IMG/VR virus record: IMGVR_UViG_3300045988_044858
Location: 1-36,557 of that record
Length of the DNA: 36,557 nucleotides
Strand: one strand, 5' to 3'
Source of the DNA: a virus
In this document: in pieces, positions 20,527 to 30,360 of the stretch
Numbering within the stretch: the first letter of the stretch is position 1
Layout: each line of letters opens with the position of its first letter
Program-made: the position numbers and the translations under genes
Notes under the pieces: model-generated
What the model saw: only the letters and a program-made list of their open reading frames with translations
What the model was told of the DNA's origin: nothing
The model's database searches: none

Positions 20527-23040
20527 TTATAAGCTAGCCGCTACCTGTACCCTATTATATTGTTGTTGGCCCTCGTCTATGTCGGTAACTGCCACCTGTG
20601 GGGCGGGAACGCTAGCCACTGAATCGTACATAATTGCCGCTAATTTCCGCAAACTGTCGTTCGACAGGCTAAAATTACTAGGTAACTGCATGCTTGCGCC
20701 GCCGCCTACGTCGATTTTGCCACCGTTGGCGTACCGGTACACGCCAGACGAACCGAACGAACGCCCGCCATACTCCATGTTAAGGGCTGATAACGCGTTG
20801 ATCGCGCTGGATGCCTTACGATTGAGAATGTACACATTTTCCCCGCCCTCGGCTTCGAACTGTTGCCCGTTTGACCCGGTGAACGTCACGCCGCCCGCCG
20901 CATGGCTAGCTCCGTAAATCTGCCCGCCTTTCGCATATTTCTTAACGCTTGTGTTGATCTTAGTGTCTGGCTCTTTGGTCTTGTTAATGCTCATAACGTT
21001 TTTCATACCCGCCGCCACTACGATAGCTGCCTGCGCGATACCCCAGATACCGCCCTGCGCGATTGCTTTAGACGCGCCTAGATAAGTATTGATAAGCGCC
21101 TGCGCCGTGGCAAATGCTTTCCCCGCTGCGCTCTCTTCACCCAGTAAGCTAGAGAGCTGTCCGGCTGTACCCGCTGCCATCTCTAACTGCGCGTTATAGT
21201 ACTTCCTCTTTGTCTCGTCCTTCATGATCTCGTAACGTTCGACTATGGAGGCCGTCTCCGCGCCAATGGCTTCCGCGTTCGCGATCTCGGCAGCCTTTTG
21301 CGCGTCCAACCGCGCTAGCTGACTTTCCAAATCGTTGCCTAGTTTCATGTCAGCTAGCGCGCGGTCGTTCTCTAGGTTGAGCGCTTGACGGTCTCGCTCC
21401 TTCTGATCTTCTTCGTCCTTCCGGGCCTTGACCTCCGCGGCGTATTCCAGTTCGAGTTGGCGAACGTTGTTTATATACTCTTGTTCGCCTATAAGCCCCT
21501 GTGCGCGTCTGTACGTCTCTATTTCTATCTTCTTATCATTGACCGCTTGCAGTTCTTGCAACGACGCTTGAGCACCTTCAATTTCCCGCTGTGCAATATC
21601 TAGCTGCATTGCGGTAACTGCTTCTGAATATTTCTTAAGTTGCGCGTCCTGTGCTGCTTTGATAGCGTCCTGCGCCTTCTTGTGCGCTTCCGCCTCTCTT
21701 CTAGCCGCGTCTTCCGCCGCCTTCGCTGACCTCGCCGCCGCCGCTTGTGCCGCTTGTGCCTGCTTGTCCCTCTCTTGCTTTATGAAGCCGGACACCTGCC
21801 CCGCCATTTCTTTTTCCTGTGTAGCGTATTGGGCGCGTGCTGCTTCCAGCGCCGCAAGGGCTTCCTGTTCTTTCCGTGCATCCTCGTCGCTTGTATATCC
21901 TAGTTGGTTCTCGGCTTTGATCTGCTTGTATTTAGCTTCCAGTACCGACAGCTCCATATCACGGATAGCGTGCAGCTTTTCCCTAGCTTGTTCTAGCAAC
22001 TTAGTACGTTCCGCCGCTGATTTGTTTTGATCCGCTGCCAGCGTCTTAAGCTCTTCCATCTCGCGCCGCATCTGTGCCATCGGGACGAGTGCCGCCGTTT
22101 CAGCTTGGTAAATCTTCTGCGTTTGGGCTGCTAGCTTCGCGCCTTCCGCCGCTGCCCTCTTCGTCTCTTCACTGATAAGCCCCAGCTTATCCAATAGCCA
22201 TGTAACGCCTTTAGCAATGTTCTCAAGCACGAACGCCACGCCTTCAAACAATCCGGTTATCCAGTCCAGCAAACGCCCGAAAATCACTTTAAACGGAGCG
22301 AACGCCGCTTGCAGGCTAGTCGCTAACTCGCTGTTGCGTTTCATTAGCTTCTCGACAATGCCGATAAGAGTTAAGACGAGAGACACGACAAAAATAATAG
22401 GGTTCGCTTTTAATGCTGCGTTGAACGCCTGCACCCCGGCAATACCACTTTTCATTTGCCCTACTAGCGCGCCAGTGCCCCCGGTTAGCCCCTGTGTCTG
22501 TAATATACCGTCTTTAACGCTCTCGGCGTAATTACCGACATTACGGCGGTTGTCGCCTACCGACTTTTCCAGCTCCTTAAGCTTGTCCGATAACGCCTTG
22601 GTCTGCTCGGTCAGGTCCTGCCCCTCCTTGCTGGTAGTCCGTTGCGCCTCGCTCATCTTGTTTAGCTCCGTGGTGTTCTGCGCCAACTGTGCACGCAAAG
22701 CGTTAACGCTCGTAGCCTCATTGTCGAGAAGCGTTTTTGTAGACTTGATCTCGGCGTTATTCTGCCTGTTGGCTTCTGTGTTGTCCAGGATCGCCTTTTG
22801 CGTCTCAATAAGAGACTTATTCAGCTTCTTAACAGTCGCGTCGTACTTGTCTTGCTGTACAAGTCCGTCCGCGTAATTCTGATTTAACGCGTCTAGCTCC
22901 TTCTTTTCAGAAGCGTAGGCCGCTTGCAAATCCTTTTTAGTCTTTGCAAGGGCCATACTCTTAGCTATTAACGCGTCTAGCCCCTTCTCGGCTTCAGACG
23001 TGCCGAAATTAAGGTCTAATAGTGTTACTTGATCCGCCAT
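20527..23040 (-). CDS. tape-measure-like protein (alternatively an internal or ejection protein)
   Basis: 837 aa with very long coiled-coil stretches and hydrophobic segments (IIFVVSLVLTLIGIV and GIWGIAQAAIVVAAG). The C-terminus is Gly-rich. Confidence 0.6.
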   Translation of the reverse strand: MADQVTLLDLNFGTSEAEKGLDALIAKSMALAKTKKDLQAAYASEKKELDALNQNYADGLVQQDKYDATVKKLNKSLIETQKAILDNTEANRQNNAEIKSTKTLLDNEATSVNALRAQLAQNTTELNKMSEAQRTTSKEGQDLTEQTKALSDKLKELEKSVGDNRRNVGNYAESVKDGILQTQGLTGGTGALVGQMKSGIAGVQAFNAALKANPIIFVVSLVLTLIGIVEKLMKRNSELATSLQAAFAPFKVIFGRLLDWITGLFEGVAFVLENIAKGVTWLLDKLGLISEETKRAAAEGAKLAAQTQKIYQAETAALVPMAQMRREMEELKTLAADQNKSAAERTKLLEQAREKLHAIRDMELSVLEAKYKQIKAENQLGYTSDEDARKEQEALAALEAARAQYATQEKEMAGQVSGFIKQERDKQAQAAQAAAARSAKAAEDAARREAEAHKKAQDAIKAAQDAQLKKYSEAVTAMQLDIAQREIEGAQASLQELQAVNDKKIEIETYRRAQGLIGEQEYINNVRQLELEYAAEVKARKDEEDQKERDRQALNLENDRALADMKLGNDLESQLARLDAQKAAEIANAEAIGAETASIVERYEIMKDETKRKYYNAQLEMAAGTAGQLSSLLGEESAAGKAFATAQALINTYLGASKAIAQGGIWGIAQAAIVVAAGMKNVMSINKTKEPDTKINTSVKKYAKGGQIYGASHAAGGVTFTGSNGQQFEAEGGENVYILNRKASSAINALSALNMEYGGRSFGSSGVYRYANGGKIDVGGGASMQLPSNFSLSNDSLRKLAAIMYDSVASVPAPQVAVTDIDEGQQQYNRVQVAASL

Positions 23041-23046
23041 ATTAAT

Positions 23047-24801
23047 TTATTTTAAATCCATTTTGTACAAAGATAGCTTACAATTCCCGGTTGCTACGTC
23101 ATACTCGCCTAAAGATTTAATGTAGAAACAACTATTCAGCTGCGAAAAGTAGTAAGCATCCCCCAATCGTAGGTTTTCAACGTCTGCATACTCTAATTGC
23201 GCCTTTATTTTCACCTGTACTCTCGATTTAAACATCTTAAAATGTCGGTTTATATACGGGTAATAAATATCGTTCACAGGGATATACTGTTGATTGTGTC
23301 CCGTCTTGCTGAAAGCTGCCGTAATCCCTACTTTTGGAAACAGATACTTGCTGTACGGGAATTTAATAGCCGACTTATACGCCTCCTTAACCGGTGTTAC
23401 CGTTCCCGCACCGTTGGTGTAACTGAATTGCGTAGCGTCCAGGGTGCACACGTATTGGTCTGCGAACTCGTCCGGCACATCTACGGTTTCAACGCTACGT
23501 AATTTGTCGCTCCAATCGTGTATATGCGCCCATGCCGTCGATGTACCGTCCCGGAGATCGGCGTCTACTATCGGTTCTACACGTAACGTACCGTTGCGGT
23601 AAATTTTACGCCAGTGCCATGCCGTGCACATGTCATCCACTATGTTTTTTACGTTCGTGTACGGGAACCCTATCGGCACGTCGCCAACGGTCTTGACCGC
23701 AGGGCTTAAAGCGCTTTCCGGTTTGGCTTCCCCTTTGAATCGTATGCATTCACCTGGTGAGTACCCGTTAGGTATTTTGAAAAAGTCCGTCCGTGTCACA
23801 CCGTTTATTGTGGCAGATATTAATAAATGACTGTCGGCTTTAGGGAATAAATTCCCGCCCGCTGCCGAATCGAACTCCATAGAATAAACCCACACCCTTT
23901 CGGATATTTGTCCCTTGTAAACACCCGCGAAAAAATTAAAGCGTTCCCCCGAAGAGTTACCTACTAAATTTATATCCGGTTTTGTTGCGGGGATAGAATC
24001 CCCTGTGTATTCGAGCAAGAATGTGGCGAACCTTTCTTCTTGTGAAGGTTTTACCTTAAGGCCCGCCGGAAGCCCCCCGGACCGTGTGCCAAAATAGGAA
24101 GCATTCAGGTACATACTAGTATTGTCGAATACATATTGCGCCGCCCCCGGATACCTGTATCCGCCCCGCCCTTTAGTCGAGTTTCGGGGTATAAGGCTCG
24201 TAGAACCTGCCGCTACATCAGAGTCCCATGATAAAGCACCACGCGAACAAATCAGGTGCGCCTGTAATGAATCGTAATCTACGGGTCTAGTCCCGTCAGC
24301 ATAATACGGTTGAATGTTAGGGAAAGCGATTTGCGGGAAATTAAAATTTGTTCTCACAATTCGCGACAAATCCACTGCTGCCAAATACTGTGAGTTTTCG
24401 GTGTCCCGGACAGCGGCATGCGCATAGGGCGAAGAAATTTGTTTGCTCACGTCAGACCACTTGTCCGTACTCTCGATCAAGTTGACAGTGTACTCCGTTT
24501 CAGTCGCTGATACCTTCGCGTAGAACTGCGTAGGCTCGTCAGACACATAAGCGTAATACTTGAACGGGATAGACGCTGTCAGCACCTCGGCTACGTAATA
24601 CTCGCAGTTAAACAAGCCTTTGTTAAGCCCTATGAACGTCCGGTCATTGTTGGGCGTTCTAGGAACTTTTACCGTAGCACTAAACGCTACGCTATCCCCG
24701 GTCATAGTAACCGGGGAAATGTTGTTTAATGTGATCTTGACCGTTGCGTTATCTAAACCGTCTATATCGTTACCGTTAACTCTTAATGATACTATTTTCA
24801 T
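23047..24801 (-). CDS. tail or baseplate structural protein
   Basis: 584-aa ORF between the BACON-repeat protein and the tape-measure-like gene. No motif recognised. Confidence 0.6.
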   Translation of the reverse strand: MKIVSLRVNGNDIDGLDNATVKITLNNISPVTMTGDSVAFSATVKVPRTPNNDRTFIGLNKGLFNCEYYVAEVLTASIPFKYYAYVSDEPTQFYAKVSATETEYTVNLIESTDKWSDVSKQISSPYAHAAVRDTENSQYLAAVDLSRIVRTNFNFPQIAFPNIQPYYADGTRPVDYDSLQAHLICSRGALSWDSDVAAGSTSLIPRNSTKGRGGYRYPGAAQYVFDNTSMYLNASYFGTRSGGLPAGLKVKPSQEERFATFLLEYTGDSIPATKPDINLVGNSSGERFNFFAGVYKGQISERVWVYSMEFDSAAGGNLFPKADSHLLISATINGVTRTDFFKIPNGYSPGECIRFKGEAKPESALSPAVKTVGDVPIGFPYTNVKNIVDDMCTAWHWRKIYRNGTLRVEPIVDADLRDGTSTAWAHIHDWSDKLRSVETVDVPDEFADQYVCTLDATQFSYTNGAGTVTPVKEAYKSAIKFPYSKYLFPKVGITAAFSKTGHNQQYIPVNDIYYPYINRHFKMFKSRVQVKIKAQLEYADVENLRLGDAYYFSQLNSCFYIKSLGEYDVATGNCKLSLYKMDLK

Positions 24802-24803
24802 TC

Positions 24804-26669
24804 TTATCCCTCCTGTTCAATTAAACAAATTGCGATCTCATGCGTAGTTGTATTCTCAAGTCTCAACTGCCCGCTGCGTTTTGCTCCGGGATTCGCCGTA
24901 TCGTATTTAACAGCTATGGCAGTTTGTCCGGACCCTCCTGAGGTAGGCAAAATGGATACCCAGCTAGGCGCGCTACTCATAGTCCAGCCATTTTCAGACG
25001 TTGCCGCCGCGGGCACAATTTGGTTCCCCCCGGCTTTAGGGCCTGACACACGCAACGGTAATATTTTGATTGAAGTTGGCGCGCCTCCCTGATTAACCGT
25101 AACTGTTACAAACTCTCGCGCTATATGATCGTAAAACCTAATCGTCCCGGTTCTAGCGGACGCGCCTGCCGGTAGGTTATCCCCGATCGTTAACGTTACG
25201 GCGGTTGTTTCGCCCCAGCCCTCCGAAACTGATGGAGTTATCCACGGGTCATGCTCTGGCGCGGACCAGTTGCCGAATGGTGTAACGTTCACAGTTACCG
25301 GGTGTGTTAGATAGCCTACGTTAAACGTCGGTGTGTCTACTGTTATATTGCCCGTTGCGCCCGCCTGCCTGATTGGTATTGTGTAGGTAGTAGACCCCGC
25401 CAAACTCTTTAGGACTATGTTACCTGTTCTCGGTTCACCAGTGTTGGCAGCTACCGTGATAACCAAGGGCGTAGTTCCCGCGTTCCCTGTGGGACTATCC
25501 ACTGACATCCACGACGGTGTACTATTCACCTCCCATGCCGTATTACAGTATATGCTGTTAACCAGTCCTTCCGCATACGCCGCGCCGATAGTCCATGGTT
25601 TGAGCTGCGCGCTAAACGCGATCGACGGTGTATGCGGTTGATCCGGTGATAACGGGAACATGTAATTATCTTGTAGCTCGGTTGTTCTGAATCTTACCTG
25701 CTGTCTGTACGTCTTTGTACTGTTGGACCAGCGCGCCCCAGTGTCTCCTGAAACTTCTGCCCTAAAGTGTTTCGATTGGTATTGGTTTATACCCGGTATG
25801 TTCAAGTCAAACACAACATTAGACGATACTAGCAACTCTTGGTAGACGTTGTACCACTCTTCGCCGTACTCTAGGTTTATAGTGATCTCCGCTTGTTCTG
25901 TTACGCCTCCACGACCGCGGATAGGGGTGAACTTATTAGACCAAAAGTAATCCTTAAATGCAGCCCAAAACCATTGGCCATTCCGCATGTTCCATCTGGC
26001 GCGCAAAGCACATTGAAGCCCGGTATCGTAAACGGCATCGGACATTAGGCGGTCTTCATAGTTAATCACTTGATCCAGCCCGTTGCCCCAAACGTTCTTA
26101 ATAGTCAACTTCTTGATATATGTTATATCGATAGTGTCTCCCAGTACATAGGTGGCGGGGAATATAACATTACCGGGCGCACCCGACACGGGTTCAACCT
26201 CAAGGAAAAGCGCATCGGACGGGTGTATAACGTAGGGGAAGAATATGTCTAACGTCTGCCCCGGTATGCGCGGTTTTGGCGGTTGGGGAAGCGCGGCATC
26301 AACGCCTAACGTGTCCCAGTATGTGAGATCACAATGGAATACAGGAATAGTTATATAGTCGGTCGGGTCGGATACCCAGAACAATAACTCCCGTTGCATA
26401 AACCACGGTGTACCCTCCGACTTGTTACGGTCGGCGCGCCTAAGCAAAGGGGCGGCGAAGGATAGATCAACGTCCATCCCGTACTGCTGATATGGCAAAG
26501 TTACGGTTTTAACGGGTGATCCGTTGTTCCTCACAGTAATATTAACAGGCTCATTCGTGCCCGTTGTCACCTTCACCATTAGCGGGCGTGTAGCCCAAAC
26601 GGGTAACTGCCCGTCATAGGTTTGGCCGTCGGTTAGTGTTACATCTGCTATCGGTATATATATGTTCAT
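24804..26669 (-). CDS. tail protein with three C-terminal BACON-like repeats
   Basis: 621 aa. Residues from about 350 to 621 contain three repeats of about 85 aa with the pattern W...PSW[MV]S[VI]...G.G....[IV].V..N.G..R.G.I.[LF]......[IV].[IV].Q.G. Confidence 0.75.
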   Translation of the reverse strand: MNIYIPIADVTLTDGQTYDGQLPVWATRPLMVKVTTGTNEPVNITVRNNGSPVKTVTLPYQQYGMDVDLSFAAPLLRRADRNKSEGTPWFMQRELLFWVSDPTDYITIPVFHCDLTYWDTLGVDAALPQPPKPRIPGQTLDIFFPYVIHPSDALFLEVEPVSGAPGNVIFPATYVLGDTIDITYIKKLTIKNVWGNGLDQVINYEDRLMSDAVYDTGLQCALRARWNMRNGQWFWAAFKDYFWSNKFTPIRGRGGVTEQAEITINLEYGEEWYNVYQELLVSSNVVFDLNIPGINQYQSKHFRAEVSGDTGARWSNSTKTYRQQVRFRTTELQDNYMFPLSPDQPHTPSIAFSAQLKPWTIGAAYAEGLVNSIYCNTAWEVNSTPSWMSVDSPTGNAGTTPLVITVAANTGEPRTGNIVLKSLAGSTTYTIPIRQAGATGNITVDTPTFNVGYLTHPVTVNVTPFGNWSAPEHDPWITPSVSEGWGETTAVTLTIGDNLPAGASARTGTIRFYDHIAREFVTVTVNQGGAPTSIKILPLRVSGPKAGGNQIVPAAATSENGWTMSSAPSWVSILPTSGGSGQTAIAVKYDTANPGAKRSGQLRLENTTTHEIAICLIEQEG

Positions 26670-27115
26670 TATTTAATATTTAAAGTGTCAATAATAGCAT
26701 ATTTAATTATAGTTACTATCTCATTTTGTAACTTCAAGACCCTTGCAGGGTTGAGTACGTCCGATACTACGCCGCCGGGGTTGTGACTGTTCGGTACTTT
26801 GATCCCGAACTCTCCGATAGCTTTCGCGATCGGGTACGCGGCGGTTAGCGGTATGTTCGCGCCTTGCTTGTTCTTGTCCTCGATCCATTTACGTATGATC
26901 CACAACGGCGGGCGTTTACCCACAGCGCGTCCGCCTTCCATCGCACCCACATAGCGCGGTGCGGTTATTTGCGCACTGTTACGCCCTACAACCAACTTAA
27001 GCTCCTTGGCGAAGTTACCGGATGCCATCAGCCCTTTAGCCTTGTAAGACGCTTCTATGTCGTCCCGTAGCTTGGTTAGCAGCACCTCTATTTCCAACAT
27101 CGCGTTTCTTGCCAT
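26669..27115 (-). CDS. hypothetical virion protein (possibly gp10-like tail completion)
   Basis: 148-aa ORF with start/stop overlaps to both neighbours. The family guess is weak. Confidence 0.55.
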   Translation of the reverse strand: MARNAMLEIEVLLTKLRDDIEASYKAKGLMASGNFAKELKLVVGRNSAQITAPRYVGAMEGGRAVGKRPPLWIIRKWIEDKNKQGANIPLTAAYPIAKAIGEFGIKVPNSHNPGGVVSDVLNPARVLKLQNEIVTIIKYAIIDTLNIK

Positions 27116-27513
27116 TATTCAGATAGATTTAGTGTTATCTCCCAGCCTGATTTTGGACTGTCGTAAATGTTTTGGCGTTTAACCACTGCCGCCCCCTCGG
27201 ACTCATATAGGCAAACCGCCTTCTTTGCTATGTCGGTTATAACGGTGAACGTCCTATCCAGTACGTCGATCTCGGACGAGCTGTCGGTTTCGTAGTGCGA
27301 AGTGCCTAATACCTGTATAAGCACAGTGATCGAGAACGCCTCGGCGGCATAGTCGTTATAGTCCTGCCTTCCTCCGGGCACATCAACAAAGATAAAATCA
27401 CCCGTTATATCGTTTGCCAGTCGATTACGTGTGGCTTCATCTCCAAAGAATACGGGAAGCGCGTGTTGCGCCCCCCATGTTCCAACCTGATCTAGTATCC
27501 CTTTAAAGGTCAT
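27115..27513 (-). CDS. hypothetical virion protein
   Basis: 132-aa ORF, translationally coupled to its neighbours. Confidence 0.6.
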   Translation of the reverse strand: MTFKGILDQVGTWGAQHALPVFFGDEATRNRLANDITGDFIFVDVPGGRQDYNDYAAEAFSITVLIQVLGTSHYETDSSSEIDVLDRTFTVITDIAKKAVCLYESEGAAVVKRQNIYDSPKSGWEITLNLSE

Positions 27514-29515
27514 ATTTTGATTTTACATTATTATCGTATTCCGGCTCGTTTACGTCTGTAATGGTCCGTTTACCCGTCCATGTTCTTGTAGCGGTTTGGC
27601 CGTATGATCCGCAAAGAGTTACATCCCCGTATGCGGTTAATGTACCTGCGCTTACCTTAGCGTTGTCCTTCATTGTGAGTATCCCGCATACAATTACCGC
27701 ACCAGATATAACCGCGTTATCCTTCATAACTAGGTCACCCCCGGATAGCTCCGCGGCTGTAGGGGTAAACCTAGCATTGTCGGACAAGTGTATACACCCG
27801 TTCAAAGCAAAATCTCCCAGAACGGCGTACGCGTTACCGGTCATTTTCAAGTTTCTAATAACGCCTACCCCCGCGGTTTTTGTAAATGAAGCGTTATCAC
27901 TCATGAACGCTGAACCCTCTACTAGCAAACCGGATGCAACCGCCTTACCACCGAAGTAGCCCGAACCGATTACCGAGCAATTAGTCAATGTAGCGTTACC
28001 CTCTACGCGGATATTGCCCCTCATGTTAACCGCTGTAGCTCCAGTATTAACGATCTTACAACCGCTTACATCTTGCGTATCGTGCTTCTTAGTGCTACCA
28101 AACACGTTTGTACCTGCGATGTTGAACAAGCCGGACAAATACGCGTCCTTATAGATCGTAGTGTTGTACCCTGAATATGAAACAGGTATACCAAAAGATT
28201 TAATGCTTTCATATGACTCTACAAGACACCCCAAAATATTGTTACTCGTTCCTAGCCTGTACATACCTTCCACGTTTGAAGAGCACATATAAAAACCGCT
28301 CATAACTTTGTTTAAGTCGGTTTGTGCCTTGGCAAAGTCAATGTTAATATATGTGTTATTAATTCGCGGATCGTGCTGGAATCTACCGTTCGGGACGTTA
28401 CAACCTTGAAAGATGAAAGGCATGTTAGCCGCTTTGGCTGCCGCCTCTCCCGGAAAACTTGTGCCCGATACGGCGAAATTGTCGCAGTCGGCAGCCTGAA
28501 TAACTCCACGACTGTCAACTCCGGCACTCCCTGTAACACTCCCTGAAAATGTCAGGTTTTTAACGTTGCGGTATATGCCAATGATTACGGGTGCTAGTTC
28601 TACCGACGCGCTTATAATGGCACTAGTGTTTATAAATTCAGCCATTAAGGTGATGAGTCTGTCAGCTGTAGCATGCACCATCATAGATACCTTCGAGTTT
28701 TGTATAACACTGTCGGGGTACTTTGCGCCGGGTGTCATTGTATAAGTTCCCCCGGGTCGTAATGAAAGTGTCCCTGTGCTAATCGCCGGGTTGATCTCAA
28801 CACGTGAATCGATGATTGAAAGCTTAGTTTCGTAAGTGCCCTTAAACGTGATTTGTGCGGCCGTTGCGTCTGCCGGGACTATATCTGCCGCCGGATTCTT
28901 CATCAGCATCAACATGAAGTATTGCCCCGCCGGAACTGATAAGGTTACACCTGCCCCCGATGCTATTGTGCTTGTAAAGGTTATGCCTAACCCGTCACGA
29001 TCTAGAACAAAAGCTTGAACCGAGTACCCCGGTACAGATATTTTAATCGTTGTTGCCATGCCGCCCACAAAAATAGGTGCCTTTGATCGGACAACCCGAG
29101 TGCTCGGTGTTTTCCATGCCTCCCAGTTGACCCCCGCGGCATAATTTAAGCTGCCTTGTTCGAAGTCAGCCGCCCCTAGCACTACAGCGTCCTCTGCTGT
29201 CTGTCTCGATTCGAAACGTAGTTTGCTACCGACCACGACACTAGACCCCAGAATGTCTACGGCGGGCGTGCCCGCGGTGCTTAGTGCCGCTTCGCCTACG
29301 TCTACGATCGAATCCCCTCCGATGCGAGCACCGGGGAAACCAAAGTTGCCCCTAAACAGCCAGCAAGCGCCATCCTGCGATAATGTATTCTCGTCATACA
29401 CGATGCCGCCCACGTCGCCAATATTGACGTACCGGCCGCCTACCGCCCACGAACGAAGGGCGCGCACTCTCCTGTCGCTCCCTACTGTAATAATCTCATA
29501 CTTTTTTAAACCCAT
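27503..29515 (-). CDS. beta-solenoid fibre or tailspike-like protein
   Basis: 670 aa. The C-terminal region of about 170 aa shows repeats of about 19 residues, each starting [ML]-[KST]-[DG]-N-A (MSDNASF, MTGNAYA, LSDNARF, MKDNAVI, MKDNAKV). Confidence 0.65.
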   Translation of the reverse strand: MGLKKYEIITVGSDRRVRALRSWAVGGRYVNIGDVGGIVYDENTLSQDGACWLFRGNFGFPGARIGGDSIVDVGEAALSTAGTPAVDILGSSVVVGSKLRFESRQTAEDAVVLGAADFEQGSLNYAAGVNWEAWKTPSTRVVRSKAPIFVGGMATTIKISVPGYSVQAFVLDRDGLGITFTSTIASGAGVTLSVPAGQYFMLMLMKNPAADIVPADATAAQITFKGTYETKLSIIDSRVEINPAISTGTLSLRPGGTYTMTPGAKYPDSVIQNSKVSMMVHATADRLITLMAEFINTSAIISASVELAPVIIGIYRNVKNLTFSGSVTGSAGVDSRGVIQAADCDNFAVSGTSFPGEAAAKAANMPFIFQGCNVPNGRFQHDPRINNTYINIDFAKAQTDLNKVMSGFYMCSSNVEGMYRLGTSNNILGCLVESYESIKSFGIPVSYSGYNTTIYKDAYLSGLFNIAGTNVFGSTKKHDTQDVSGCKIVNTGATAVNMRGNIRVEGNATLTNCSVIGSGYFGGKAVASGLLVEGSAFMSDNASFTKTAGVGVIRNLKMTGNAYAVLGDFALNGCIHLSDNARFTPTAAELSGGDLVMKDNAVISGAVIVCGILTMKDNAKVSAGTLTAYGDVTLCGSYGQTATRTWTGKRTITDVNEPEYDNNVKSKYDL

Positions 29516-29519
29516 AACG

Positions 29520-30200
29520 TTATGATTTATAATGTTTCTTCATCTCTGCCTTTTGTTTCTCGTTCTCCTCGTGCCGCTTTGATAGTGCTAACATCGCGTC
29601 CAGATAGTTTATCCGCTTTGCCTCCTCGAACGAACAAGCGAATAACTCCGCCGTAGCCTGTACGAGCGTCAGCACGTTCTTCGCCTCCTTGATCGGATCG
29701 TCTTCCGGCGTGCTCCCCGCGTCGAAAGGGAACAACCGCTTCTCCAGTCCGTCCGCCGTCTCTATCTGCTCCTTGATGTACTTCGTCGCACAAAGCAAAT
29801 GGTAGACGTTATCCGGCGCATACTCGGCCGGCTTGTGCTCGATAGGCGTACACCACTTCGTTACCTTCTCCGTTGCCGTCTCGCTCCTTCTCGCCTCGAT
29901 AACCTGCCAAAGCGTTACGTCTTCAATACGGGGTATACGGTACACGAGCTTCCTGTCTTTTATAATAAAAGGGTCGGCCTTAGCGTACTCTGCCACCGCG
30001 TTTAATGTCGCTGCTTGGTCAGAAGTTAGGCCGCCCTTGTAATTCGGATGCAAGTTACAAATATATTCCAATTGTTTGCGGTTGTAATACCCACAAATTT
30101 TCCACCACAAGCGACGAAAAACGTTTTTAATCTTCCCCCGCCAGTTGGTTTGCTCTTGGAGTATCAGGTCTTCAACACCCATAAACTTTATTTTACTCAT
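29520..30200 (-). CDS. hypothetical protein
   Basis: The track ORF begins with a TTG at 30206. I prefer the ATG at 30200 (MSKIKFMGV), giving 226 aa. Confidence 0.6.
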   Translation of the reverse strand: MSKIKFMGVEDLILQEQTNWRGKIKNVFRRLWWKICGYYNRKQLEYICNLHPNYKGGLTSDQAATLNAVAEYAKADPFIIKDRKLVYRIPRIEDVTLWQVIEARRSETATEKVTKWCTPIEHKPAEYAPDNVYHLLCATKYIKEQIETADGLEKRLFPFDAGSTPEDDPIKEAKNVLTLVQATAELFACSFEEAKRINYLDAMLALSKRHEENEKQKAEMKKHYKS

Positions 30201-30351
30201 ATTCAATCAGTTCTAGTTCTTCGTAATAATACCACTCTTCAACGTTCGATCCGTCCCACTGTACGACCACGCCTAACACGTCGGTCTCTGTAACCGTCCC
30301 GGTGTTCCCGGCGTAATCGTATTTAATGTGTACCCGATCGTCTGTTCTCAT
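30193..30351 (-). CDS. candidate small protein (52 aa, below the track cutoff)
   Basis: My translation is MRTDDRVHIKYDYAGNTGTVTETDVLGVVVQWDGSNVEEWYYYEELELIEYE. It fills the gap between TerL and the next gene and overlaps that gene's ATG by 8 nt. Confidence 0.4.
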   Translation of the reverse strand: MRTDDRVHIKYDYAGNTGTVTETDVLGVVVQWDGSNVEEWYYYEELELIEYE

Positions 30352-30360
30352 GCTGCAAAT

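Noticed and set aside
24804-29515. A diversity-generating retroelement targeting the BACON or solenoid receptor-binding proteins
   Set aside because: No reverse transcriptase ORF is present, and I could not see a template/variable repeat pair with adenine-specific mismatches.
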